Shown here in pieces: positions 38,900-55,500 of a stretch of 64,000 bases of DNA; position 1 is the stretch's first letter; each line of letters starts with the position of its first letter. Source of the DNA: the human T2T-CHM13v2.0 reference genome, Homo sapiens; the NCBI RefSeq assembly GCF_009914755.1, contig NC_060929.1. One strand, 5' to 3'. The position numbers were made by a program, and so were the translations under genes. The notes under the pieces are model-generated. The model saw nothing but the letters and a program-made list of their open reading frames with translations. It was not told the origin of the DNA and made no database searches.

Positions 38900-39300
38900 A
38901 CATGTAATTATTATTGTTCACATGTAATTCTGCATCCCCAGCTGATGTCTCTCTTCTGAGCCTCAGATGCCATATCCATCTGAATGCTGGACACCTCCAC
39001 CTAGATGTTTTCATCTCAACCTGGCAGGTCCAAAATTGAGTGGATCTTCCCACCCAACCCCAAACCCCTATCATGTTCCCAAGCAAAACCCAGCTTCCCA
39101 AGCCTGAAACCTACAAGTTGCCCTTTTCTCCTCTCTTTCTTTTTAATTCATTCCATCCACAAGGCTTGATAAGTCTGTTTTCAAAATAGCTCTCATACTT
39201 TCACCTTTTTCTCCAACTGTCCTGACAGTTCTATATTAGGGCCACCATTATCTCTTGCCTGACCACTGGAAAATATTTCTAAAAGATTTGAAGATGGCTC
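38900..39300 (+). mobile_element. L2 fragment
   Basis: TGCTGGACACCTCCACCTAGATGT...CTCAAC...GCCACCATTATCTCTTGCCTG. Confidence 0.6.
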
Positions 39301-41019
39301 TCTCCTTCTGGTTCTTAATGCAGTTCCCTCCTTTCGTCCCTTTGGGCTTAGAATTAGAAACACCTCTGCTGCCACTACCCCTGGGTGACTGCATCAGCCT
39401 TTGTGCCTCCTCCTTACAAGCAAACCGTCTCTGAATTGTTCTAATTTGAGGATCCCATCTCTTTCCCATTGGGATTTTAAACCCTATAGATCCTTCCATG
39501 AACACTTTCCTCCCTACAGTCTGACTCCTGTAATGACTCCTTCTCCCTCCCTTTCCTCCTTTCCTAGACGTCTGCTTACATAGCCTAGAAAGAAGGAGGG
39601 AGGAGAAAGCGGAAAGGCTCATGGTAGCAGGGCCAGTTTTGACTTTTAAGAAGCCCTGGGGATTTGTGGGGGGAACAGTGTTCTGGCTCCAGCTATTGCT
39701 GGCAATCTTTAGAATGTGGCACTAGATCCTCTTTGTCCATTGTTTGGGGTTCTACTTGTCAATACTGGAATAATAGGAAAAGTGTGATATACCATCCTAT
39801 CACATATGGCCGTCTGCAGCGGGACTTAATGAAGCTTTCAAATACACAGAGGCCTTGTCACCATAGCTCTTTCTAATGCTAGTCAATACTTTCTATGTAT
39901 TAGGTTTCTTGCTAAAGCTTTGCCTTGAATGTTTACATGCGGGCAATACCCAAGAACCTAACTGGAGGCAAGACAGGTGAGGGAAGCAGGACAAACACAC
40001 CCAGTCTGACCCAGTCGATAATGAGTTTTCTACATCTGAGAATGTGATATTTGTGTAACACGTTACAGTTTAACAGGAGCTTTCATCCCCCTTTAGCTGG
40101 CACATGGCTGAGTAATCAATATATGTTTTCGTAAATGATTGAATGCAACTATAGAGTCATTTTCTCCTCCTCAAAATAACCCTGTGAAGTAGGCAGTGCA
40201 GGGATTATTATTCTCACTTTACAGAAAAGGAAACCAGGGCCCAAAGAAGTGAAATAGTTTCCTGAGTCCACGTAGTCAGTGACTGTATGTGCTCAAACCA
40301 GAACCAGCAGTGTCAGGCACCCATACTAGCTCATTTCAAAAGTCAGGAAGTCAGGAAGCAGGACGGTATTCTTGATAAAATAGGGAATTGGATTGGATCA
40401 AGTGCTTAAGTGTCTTCTCAGTATTAAGTCTCTATTCCTAGCCTCCCTCAATAATCTTACAGCACAGTTGGGAGCTGCCATGGAAGGGGATGGTAGGCAG
40501 AAGTTCAGGCTGCTAACCAGCTGGGAATTGAGTAAAAGGAACAAGAGAAAGGCCTTCTGGTGCCAAGACTCTGGAGAAATGTTTGTTGACTTTTGGCTTT
40601 GCATTGACTACTTCCAACTAGGCTTTGAAGCTGACTTTTTGATCCCAGGGCTCCCTGGGATGGGTGGGGGAGCTCATGACATTGTTGCTGTGGTTCTCCA
40701 GGCAACCACAAACCCTCAGTAGCTCCAGGAAGATGCCTTAATTACGTGGAAAGCGATGAGGGAACTACAGAGAAAACAAGAGATATCTACAAGGAAAGTG
40801 GGGCAAAAACAACAAGAATCTAAAGGGCAAAACAAGAGAGGCCCCAGGGGCGAAGCAACAGCCAGCACAGCAGCACTGTGAGGATGTTGATGGTGCCTCT
40901 CCTGGAGTCCTTCAGAATAAACTTGTCCCTTATAAAACTGAACTAGAAAGTGTCTAAAGGAATGAGAGCCCTAGCTCTCAGCCAAGTCTCCTAAAATAAG
41001 TTTTAAGAGATGGAGTGAT

Positions 41020-41450
41020 GTTCTAAAAACACAGACCTAAATATTCACTCCCTTGCTCATAAGCTCTCTTTGCTCCTTGTTACCCTCCAGATAAAGTCTG
41101 TGCTCCTCGGCAGAGCTCAAGGACACTATTCAGTTCCTCTCCATGCCCCATGACTCTCTCGAATCTGGTCTGGGCATTTGTGCAAGGTTCTCCCTCCTTG
41201 GCAAATCACTACTTATCTCAAGGTCTAAGCTTCAACATTAATTTTTCCAGGAACATCCCCTCGATCCTATTCCCATCCCCATATTAGGCACAGTGTTCCT
41301 TCTGTATGTTCCCACAACATCACGATCTTTCATAATGGCCACATCACTGGCACCGTTAGGGGCATGTCCGTCCCCTTCTCAGATACATCTCTCACATGAA
41401 GCAGAGGTCCGGGCACTTAGGAAGTGCTCATTAAATATCTGTTGGATAAA
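41020..41450 (+). mobile_element. L2 3' fragment
   Basis: CCTTGGCAAATCACTACTTATC...GGCACTTAGGAAGTGCTCATTAAATATCTGTTGGATAAAT. Confidence 0.6.
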
Positions 41451-42303
41451 TAATAATGAGAAACAGTCAAAATCTCTAAAAGAGCCTTCTGTTTCACCAA
41501 GCAAAGAGGAAGGAAAATAACCACGTGTGGGACATTGAGCAAAGAGATTATTTTTAACAGGAACAGAAACCCAGACAAATAAATGGCCCTTAATTTATGT
41601 CAGGGTTATCAAGAAATATATTATGCCCTTGATAATTGTGCAGTTATAATTACTTCTTCTGGAAACTGGGCTTTGTTGGAAGAAAGATTGGAGAGATTTG
41701 GAGATAAGTTTCCTTAGGAATAAACATGGAGAATCAAAATCCACCAAATGCCTGGATATCTCGGAAAAGAGATCAAACTGAAATAAGTGAGTGGACAGAA
41801 CAGCCAATGTGGGTCTGACAGAGTAGCTGCGTCTAAAGGGGCAGCTGCTTCTCAGCTCCAGCCAATTGTTGAAATGCAAGAATACCAGCAGCAGCAGCCA
41901 AATCTCGTGACTGTCCCAGAGAGGACTCAAGTCCTTGTGGGGTGTGTACGTCTGCATGTGTGAAATCCTCTGGGTTCTAAATCTCCCCAGCTTGTTTACA
42001 TTTTTAATAGTTACTAATCAGTCCAAAACAGCAAGTTGTATGAGTCCCAGAGATGCCAGGGTTTGACCTTCGCACCAAAAAACCTGACCTCCCATGGCTC
42101 TGTTTACCGAAAACTGTCAACACCAAACTGCAAGCGCCAAAGCTCCAAACAACATGATCCACCTGCAGAAAGTGATCAATACATGAGGGACTAAAGAAGA
42201 ACAGAGGTTTGTCTGGGTCAGTTATTGGCACATAGTAAGTGGGTGCTCAGTCAATAAATAGCTGTTAAATGGGATAAAGAATAAGGAAATGGTGGATGTA
42301 TGT

Positions 42304-42338
42304 CTGCAGTTCAAGGTTTGTACCACTAGATGGTGAAG
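42304..42338 (+). promoter_or_regulatory. CTCF motif with upstream (ZF9-11) module, forward orientation
   Basis: CTGCAGTTC at 42304-42312, then core GTACCACTAGATGGTGAAG at 42320-42338. TGCAG-to-CCAC offset is 18 nt. Confidence 0.5.
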
Positions 42339-42576
42339 TTTGTTTTTTTTCTGCAGATGTAAGCATAGAGAAATAAAATACTAGGATAGTTTTATGGATA
42401 CATCTACAAGCCATGAGTACATAGCTCGGACATCCCACAAATGCTAACAGCTGTTTTCACATCGTCTTCGCTATTCCTCCTCACTTCCAACTCCAGTCAG
42501 CTCCGGATAAAAATAAAGTCATTAAAAGTAGCTGGCTTTCCTTGATATGAGAAGGACCATGTTAGAAATAGAGGAT

Positions 42577-46013
<3,437 letters not shown>

Positions 46014-46436
46014 AAATAGAGGATGAATACTAGATGATGTCTGTATGGGGCAGAGTGGGAAGGGCTGGGTATTCAAGGAGCTCATGGTCTTGTGGGGGCA
46101 AAGAGACCTTTAACCCAGTTACAATTTATTGTATTTGATACTATAATGGTGGTGTGTAGATGATGCTTTGTGAACCCAAAAGAGAGTGACTACCTATGTT
46201 GGTTGAGGAAGGGGCAGGAAGTCTTCTCAGAGGAGCACCTCAAGCACTGGATGAGCCTTGAATGATGAGAGGAAACCCACCAAGGTACAAGGGCAGGAAG
46301 AACATTCACTCATCCACCAGATATCTACTGAGCACCCATGTTGCCCAGCACTCTGCTGGCCGTTGGAAATATGGCAGTGAACAGGACACAAGGGCTCTGT
46401 TCTCAAGGAACTCACAATGCAGTGAGAGATACATAA

Positions 46437-46748
<312 letters not shown>

Positions 46749-46765
46749 GAGAATAAATACATTTT

Positions 46766-47130
46766 TTAAAAACTTTATTTTAAGTTCCAAGGTACGTGTG
46801 CAGGATGTGCAGGTTTGTTACATAGGTAAGCATGTACCATGGTGGTTTGCTGCACCTATCAACCCATCACCTAGGCATAATATCAAGCCCATCATGCATT
46901 AGCTATTTTTCCTGATGCGTTCCCTCCCCCCCGCACCCCATCCGACTGGCCCCAGTTTGTAGTTCCCCTCCCTGTGTCTGTGTGTTCACATTGTTCAGCT
47001 CCCACTTGTATGTGAGAACAAGGGGTGTTTGGTTTTCTGTTCCTGAGTTAGTTTGCTGAGGATAATGGCTCCAGCTCCATTCATGTCCCTGCAAAGGACA
47101 TGATCTTGTTCCTTTTTATGGCTGCATGGT
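46766..47130 (-). mobile_element. Short L1PA10/11-like 3' end
   Basis: TTTTAAGTTCC...GTGCAGGATGTGCAGGTTTGTTACATAGG...AAGCCCATCATGCATTAGCTATTTTTCCTGATG. TSD GAGAATAAATA(C/T)ATTTT. Confidence 0.9.
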
Positions 47131-48132
47131 GAGAATAAATATATTTTAAAAGATTAACAGATTGTGGTAACAACACAGTCTTGTGGAAGGAAAGAGGCAG
47201 GATGCTGTAATAGGAAAATGGGAGACAAGACCCATCTCCTATAGGATGGTCCAGGTGATCCTCTCTGAAGAGGCAGCATTACTGAAGGATGAGAGGGAGC
47301 CAGTCATTCTATCAAGGCTATTATTTCCTTATTTTTCTTACAATGAATTTAATGTTATACTTAAAATATTTTTAAGGGAAATATTATCACTGTACTATAT
47401 AGACAAAAAAAATTGTAATATTTACCATTAATAGCAGGTAACCACAAAATATAAATCCAAGACTAATAAAATTTTAAAATGTCTCACATGTCTCCTAAAA
47501 TTTTCGTGACTGGTTCCATCCTAGACTTGAGGGTATGGGGATGGAGAGCATTGAGGGACTTTAATTAGATGACTGAGGACATGAGTTTATCAGAAATCAG
47601 TGTTGAAAGCACTCTCCTATTTAGATCTCCTACTAAAAAGTGATGATTATCCTGGCAGTCAAAAAAAAAAAAAAAGTATTTCCAGACAAAAACTTTTTCC
47701 CTAAGGGACTTTCCAGAGGAGAGTTACATGAAGCCAACTTTGAAAGCCCTGATGAATAGCAAGCTACAACACAAAAATTCAGAGAGACTGGTTAAGGACA
47801 ACCTGCTCACTGAAATTCCCAAGTTTAGTATCATTTCCTCCAGCTTGAGAAGGATGGCTTAGCTACTTGGCAGCTGGGGAGTAAAGAGATTTAGATAAAG
47901 CTCTTGAAAATGAGGAACTAGCTCATAATTCTTAACTGGGGAAAGCCACAATACAAAATCTAATAGACTTTTTTTGGTTCTTCTTATGAACTCATATCTG
48001 GCAGCTTAGAGAAAGACATGAACTTAAGTACCCATCCCCTGGAGCATTTAGACTTTGGTTTTGCCATTTGAAAAATATTTATGAAGCCCCTATAAAAAGT
48101 CAGATACTGTGTAGAAATCAAAATTACTTAAT

Positions 48133-48521
48133 GGGGTTACAAATTCAAATGTCCAACAAGTGCCAGGAGGGAAATGTGAATGACACAGCAGCCCAGTAAG
48201 ACAATAGAGAGTGGTGGAGGCTACCGAGAACTGAAGACTACCACCCCCAGTTGAAGGGGGAAACTGCTGCTCAGCTCCACTCAACGGTAGCAATCCCAGG
48301 AATGTGGGGCCTGTGTTGACAGGTCTTCAAATATTTTAACCAAAAAATCATTGTACAATGGTCACTATGTTTAGGGGAGAATTGGAGAGTAGGGGGAATA
48401 TCTCTTGATTTTTAAAAGCTGTCAAGTATCAGAAAAGTTTTAAACATGCTGCAAAGCCAAGTAAAATATGCCTGCAGTCGCAGGCAGAAAGCAATCCAAG
48501 GGCCCCAGTGGGTGACCTCTG
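48133..48521 (+). mobile_element. MER102-like hAT element
   Basis: GGGGTTACAAATTCAAATG...CTGCTGCTCAGCTCCA...GGAATGTGGGGCCTGTGTTGACAGGTCTTC...GTGACCTCTG. Confidence 0.65.
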
Positions 48522-50617
48522 GATGTCGCAGAGTCTCAGCCTTTTTGGGGCTTATGTGTTGGAAGATAAGACATGTTCATAAATAACTACAATACAGAAC
48601 ATGGTGATAAGTGTTGTGTGAGCAAGATAAAGTGCTAAAAGAATTAAGAGGAGGGAGAGATTACTGAACAGTGGGTTCCTAAGGAGAGAGAAGGGGTGTC
48701 TCAGAAAGCTATTTCTGACTGCATGTTGAGGAACCCAATAAACTCAAGGAGGGAGGAAAAAAAGAGATATCCAATGATCTCAGTAAGCCGGCCAGGAAAT
48801 AATTGATGCAGCCGGGACTGGGCATCAGCATATCACAGGGAGCATTTCCAAGATGCACATCTAGCTCTTACCCCTGACATCCTACATAGAAATTCCTTGG
48901 GTTGAAGATCATGCACCCAAGTTTTAAAATGTCTTTTTAGTTAATTCTTTTTCAGGCCCTTCATTAACTTCTGCTCTAAGGAGCTGTCCCCTAAAACACT
49001 GTCTAAAACAACAGGTATGTCTCTTTTGTCCTTTCTGTATCCCCAAATTCAAATAAACTAGGATGCACAGGTTGTCAAGTTTTTATTTTGTGAGTGTATC
49101 ATCTGTGCCTGTACCTGGGATTCCATCCTGAGCCAGGCAAGAGCCTTAGTAAGGCACTGCCTTAGCCTGGAGGAGAACACACCTTCTTGTACTTATCCAT
49201 TTGGAGCAGGTGCCATTTTGTTATTCCCAAAAAGGCACTCTATGCTACAGTGGCCTGCAGATTACCAAGGAATTGATAGATTTCCAAGCCATCTTTCTCC
49301 AAAGATTACCTTAAAAAAATATAATCCTTATGTTGACACGAGTTGTATATAAAAAGTTGGCACAAGTATATATTGAATTTGCTTAGAACTAAGGATGGGA
49401 TTGATATCCAATACAGTTATAAAAATCCAGAAGTTCACGTATGCTTTTCCAATTTATAACTCAAAATTCTCATCAGAACCTTTCCATACGTGCCTTAGTT
49501 TTCAGCTTCTTTCAGGAATACCCAGGCTCAGTTTTCCATCAAAGACACCCAGAAAGCAGGCCCCATTGTTTCACTATTATTGTTGCCAAATCTGCCACCT
49601 CTCTCATCACTGGCCATCCCCCCTGAAGGGTTGCTTACCTAAACACCAATCTAACCTAACAAATCTTACTTCAAATTGTGCACTGTCCTAAAGAAGACAT
49701 GCGAGGAATGCAGTGTTCTCTGGTTGTTGAAACATATGCATTTCAAAATCAAGGAAGCCTTCAGTATGCAGAAGTTGTTAGCTTTCTTGGCCCCTTCCTC
49801 TTTTGAGCTACAACCATTCTCTTCCATTCTACATTCCGGTAAAAATGCAAGTTGTCCATGCCTTCTAAGCTTGTGAAGTAAAAGAAGATGTGGATAATGG
49901 GAAAGCCTTAGTATCACGAAAATGAATGACTCCATAAAGTTCCAGTGGAGGTAATTAAAATGAGAAATGTTTGCATTTTGTGAACTACATGTGCTGCCCA
50001 AAATAAAATTAGGGGTACACTCTTGAATCCTGCAAGAGGAACTGATCCCAGGAAACTTCTTACAGTCAGTAGGGTGGAAACTGCCCATTCAGCTTGGTTA
50101 TGGGCTTGTGCACTCGAAAAGGGGAGATAGTGAGCCCTTTAAGCAATAATACCTTATGTTGTGTGCATTTTGTAGTTCAGAAACATTTTTACATCCACTT
50201 CATCATTTGATTCTCACAGCAGTCTTAAGAGAGAGGCAGAGAAGGATTATTATTATAACCAATCTACAAAGAAACTGGGACCTACAGGGATGTGTAGTGG
50301 ATATGTGATGCTGTTGCTGCCAAATGCCCCTTTACCCAGCTGCCAAATGCCCCTTTACCCTTCTCCAAGTTCACGTCTGGGGAACATCTGCTCTTGTTTT
50401 GAGTCCATGTGCTTATAGAAGATGTAACAACATAATTGATTACTCTAAGGATGGGGCATGTGAATCAGAGCCTTAAACTCTTTAGGTCTCACAAATTTCT
50501 TTAGGGATGGGCCCATAGACTTGGTTAGAGCTAACGAGATGCAAGACTTTTATTTGTTGGTAGAGTGATGTGCCCACTTTCCTTCTTACCCTCACGTGAT
50601 GTCTTGGAATAAAGTAA

Positions 50618-51333
<716 letters not shown>

Positions 51334-51809
51334 TTTTTTTTTTTTTTTTTCTGACATTAACTTGAGCTGGGTTTATAGGCGTCTAAAACCGAAGAGTGAT
51401 TCAAAATGGTTACGGTGTCCATGGCCCCATAACTTCACTTTACTTATGAGTGACATAGCTCTCTAGCTGTTATTTGGCATCACCTTTCTGCATTCGTGTG
51501 TGTTGTCGATTGGTAACTTTCCTCCATATTTTGGGGAGAAAAGTGAGAGGGTGGAAATGTTTCCAACTTCTTTTTTTGCCTCTAAAAATTTCTGGCCACT
51601 AGCCAGCCAGTGGATTCCACGCTCATGGTTCAAGTGCACACCCCCTTCCTGCCCCAACCCACAGTGGCCAGAATGCGAGGCCAGAGTGCAGAGATGGGGA
51701 AAGGCCAATGGGTGATAAGGCACAGGATATAGCCACTTGAGCAGCAGAAGCTTAGAAACGTCAGCTCCCTTAGAAAGAGGCTGTAGGCACAGTAAATCTT
51801 TCTATAGCA

Positions 51810-52484
51810 CTAGTGCTTCTCAGTGCAGCCTCAGATATCCACAAATTCTTAGGCATCCTATGATAATGCTACAATTTTGCATTTGAATTTATCATTCAAA
51901 TGTTTCTCATGCTTGGGTTACCTGCATGACTACCTTATGAGATTTCAGTGTTTGTATTTGTTGTATTTGCAAACAAATTGTATCCAAGTAATAGTACTCA
52001 GTTGTCATGAGTTAATGAAGAAAAAGGAGGCAATCTTAATGAAAAAGTGATACACTTGCATCATGTGAAAGTCAGATGACATCATGGATCTTCGTGGGAC
52101 TAAAGCTTTGCAACAATGCCCACAGAGAAAGTGTGATGAAAGAACTGAGGCTCAAGAGTGAATAGACAAGTCAAACTCCAAAGAACCTCGCTAGACTAGA
52201 TGTGAGCAGAGAATTCCTTTTAGCCATGTGAGATTATCCATCACAATTAATTTGGCCACTTAAATTTTAGTTGTTTTATAATTTTATTCATAGTACATTT
52301 AACTAAAAAGTTATTTTGCTACTTTGGTTATATACAACTATAAAATGAATGATTTATTCCTACTTTTATGTTTGTGTATGTGTAAATAACATTATAATAA
52401 AAGGGACATATCAATGATGGGGACTATGAGAAATTTCTTTTTTCTTAAAGGGGCTGGTCAGTGTCTCAGACTTGAAAACCACAG
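51810..52484. mobile_element. hAT-Charlie-type DNA transposon remnant
   Basis: Degenerate TIRs TAGTGCTTCTCA...TTGAAAACCACAG. Subfamily uncertain. Confidence 0.5.
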
Positions 52485-52561
52485 TGGTATAGTGTCTCTC
52501 CCAGGACTACCTGCTTTCTTCTGGCTTTCTTCTTGTGGTTTGAACCTTATAATACTCTTCC

Positions 52562-55500
52562 TCTTTTAAGCCACTTTATTAAGGTAGGATTGACATGCAA
52601 AAAGCTACACATATTTAATATGTACAACTTGACGAGTTTGGAGATAAATATAAAGCAAAATTTTTCCCCTCTCCTCTTATATATTATTTGTATGTATGTG
52701 TGTGTGTATGTGATAAGCTCACTTCATATAACATCTACCCATTCAGCAAATTTTTAAGTATACTATACAGTATTGTTAACTATAAGCACTATGTCGTGCA
52801 GTAAACCTTTAGAACTTATTCATTATGTATCACCAAACCTTTGAAACTTTCAACTAACACCTTCTAATATGTCCTCTCCTCAGTCCCTGGCAACCACCAT
52901 TCATTGTCTGCTTCTAAGAGTTTGACTATTTTATATTTGTTGTATAAATAGTGTCATGTTGTGTTTGTCATTCTGTGTCTGGCTTATAATACTTAGCATA
53001 ATATCCTCCAAGTACATCCATACGTTTGCAAATGGCAGGATTTCCTTTCCATTTTAAGGCTGAATAATATCCCATTGTATACATACATCACATTTTCTTT
53101 TTTTTACATACATTTTTTATTATACTTTAAGTTCTGGGGTTCATGTGCAGAACGTGCAGGTTTGTTACATAAGTATACATGTGCCATGGTGGTTTGCTGC
53201 ACCCATCAACCCGTCATCTACATTAGGTATTTCTCCTAATGCTATCCCTCTCCTAGCCCCCCACCCCCCAACAGGCCCCAGTGTGTGATGTTCCCCTCTC
53301 TGTGTCCATGTATTCTCACTGATCAGCTCCTGCTTATGAGTGAGAACATGTGGTATTTGGTTTTCTGCTCCTGTGTTAATTTAATGAGAATGATGGCTTC
53401 CAGCATCATCCATGTCCCTGCAAAGGACATGAACTCCTCCTTTTTTATGGCTGCATAGTATTCCATGGTGTATATGTGCCACATTTTCTTTATCCAGTCT
53501 ATCATTAAGGGGCATTTGGGTTGGTTCCAAGTCTTTGCTATTGTGAACAGTGCCACAATAAACATATGTGTGCATGTGTCTTTATAGTAGAATGATTTAT
53601 AATCCTATGGGTATACACCCAGTAATGGGATTGCTGGGTAAAATGGTATTTCTGGTTCTAGATCCTTGAGGAATCACCACACTGTCTTCCACAATGGTTG
53701 AACTAATTTACACTCCCACCAACAGTGTAAAAGCATTCCTATTTCTCCACATCCTCTCCAGCATCTGTTGTTTCCTGACTTTTTAATGATGGCCATTCTA
53801 ACTGGCATGAGATGGTATCTCACTGTGGTTTTGATTTGCATTTCTCTAATGACCAAGTGATGATGAGCTTTTTTTCATATGTTTGTTGGCTGTATAAATG
53901 TCTTTTTTTGAGAAGTGTCTGTTCACATCCTTCACCCACTTTTTGATGGGATTGTTTGTGTGTGTGTGTGTGTGTGTGTAAATTTGTTTAAGTTCTTTGT
54001 AGATTCTGGATATTAGCCCTTTGTCAGATGGGTAGATTGCAAAAATGTTCTCCCATTCTGTAGGTTGCCTGTTCGCTCTGATAATAGTTTATTTTGCTGT
54101 GCAGAAGCTCTTTAGTTTAACCGGATCCCATTTGTCAATCTTGGCTTTTGTTGCCATTGCTTTTGGTGTTTTAGTCGTGAAGTCTTTGCCCATTCCTATG
54201 TCCTGAATGCTACTGCCTAGATTTTCTTCTAGGGTTTTTATGGTTTTAGGTCTTATGTTTAAGTATTTAATCCATCTTGAGTTAATTTTTGTATAAGGTG
54301 TAAGGAAGGGATCCAGTTTCAGCCTTCTGCATATGGCTAGCCAGTTTTCCCAACACCATTTATTAAATATGGAATCCTTTCCCCATTTCTTGTTTTTGTC
54401 AGGTTTGTCAAAAAATCAGATGGTTGTAGATGTGTGGTATTATTTCTGAGGCTCTGTTCTGTTCCATTGGTCTATATATCTGTTTTGGTACCAGTACCAT
54501 GCTGTTTTGGTTACTGTAGGCTTGTAGTATAGTTTGAAGTCATGTAGCGTGATGCCTCCAGCTTTGTTCTTTTTGCTTAGGATTGTCTTGGCTATGTGGG
54601 CTCTTTTTTGGTTCCATATGAAATTTAAAGTAGTTTTTTCCACTTCTTTGAAGAAAGTCAGTGGTAGCTTGATGGGGATAGTATTGAATCTATAAATTAC
54701 TTTGGGCAGTGTGGCCATTTTCACGATATTGATTCTTCCTATCCATGAGCATGGAATGTCACATTTTCTTTATTCATACATTTGTTGATGGACTCTTAGG
54801 TTGCTTTCATGTGTTGGCTGTTGTGAATAATAATGGAATGAACATGGGAGTGCAGATATCTCTTCAAGATCTTGATTTCAAATCCTTTGGATGCATACCC
54901 TAAAGTGGGATTGCTAGATAATAATGGTATTTTCATTTTTCATTTTTAAAGAAAAGTTTATACTGTTTTACATAGTGGCTTTGAGAACATTGTACAAGGT
55001 TCTTTATTGTCTATTACACATCCTCACCAACATTTGTTATCTGTTGGTTTTCTGAAAATAGTTGTCCTAACTAGTTTGAGGTGATATCTTATTGTGGCTT
55101 TGATTTACATGTCCCTGATTAGCAATGTTGGAAATATTTTCATATACCTGTTGGCAATTTGTATGCCTTCTCTGGAGAAATGTCTATTCAGGCCCTTTGT
55201 CCAATTTTTAAATGAGTTATTTTTATTATTTTTTTGTTTGTTGCTATTGAGTTGCAGGAGTTCCTTATATATTTTTGACATTAACTCTTTATCAGATATA
55301 TGGCTTGCAAATATTTTCTCCCATCTGTAGGCTACATTTAACAATTCGTTAACAATTTGTTAATTGTTTCCTTTGCTGCACATAAGCTTTTCAGGGTGAT
55401 GTAATCCCAATTGTCTAATACTGCTTTTGTTCCCTGTGTATTTGGTGTCATATTCAAGAAATTATTGCCAAGATTGATATCTAGAAGTTTTTCCTCTGTG

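Noticed and set aside
40326-40346. Tandem CAGGAAGT-CAGGAAG ETS-like sites
   Set aside because: Short motif next to a MIR with no supporting context. Could be a simple 8-bp duplication.
50316-50360. 23-bp tandem duplication (also 14-bp at ~14798 and 15-bp x3 at ~22149)
   Set aside because: Ordinary slippage duplications with no further structure.
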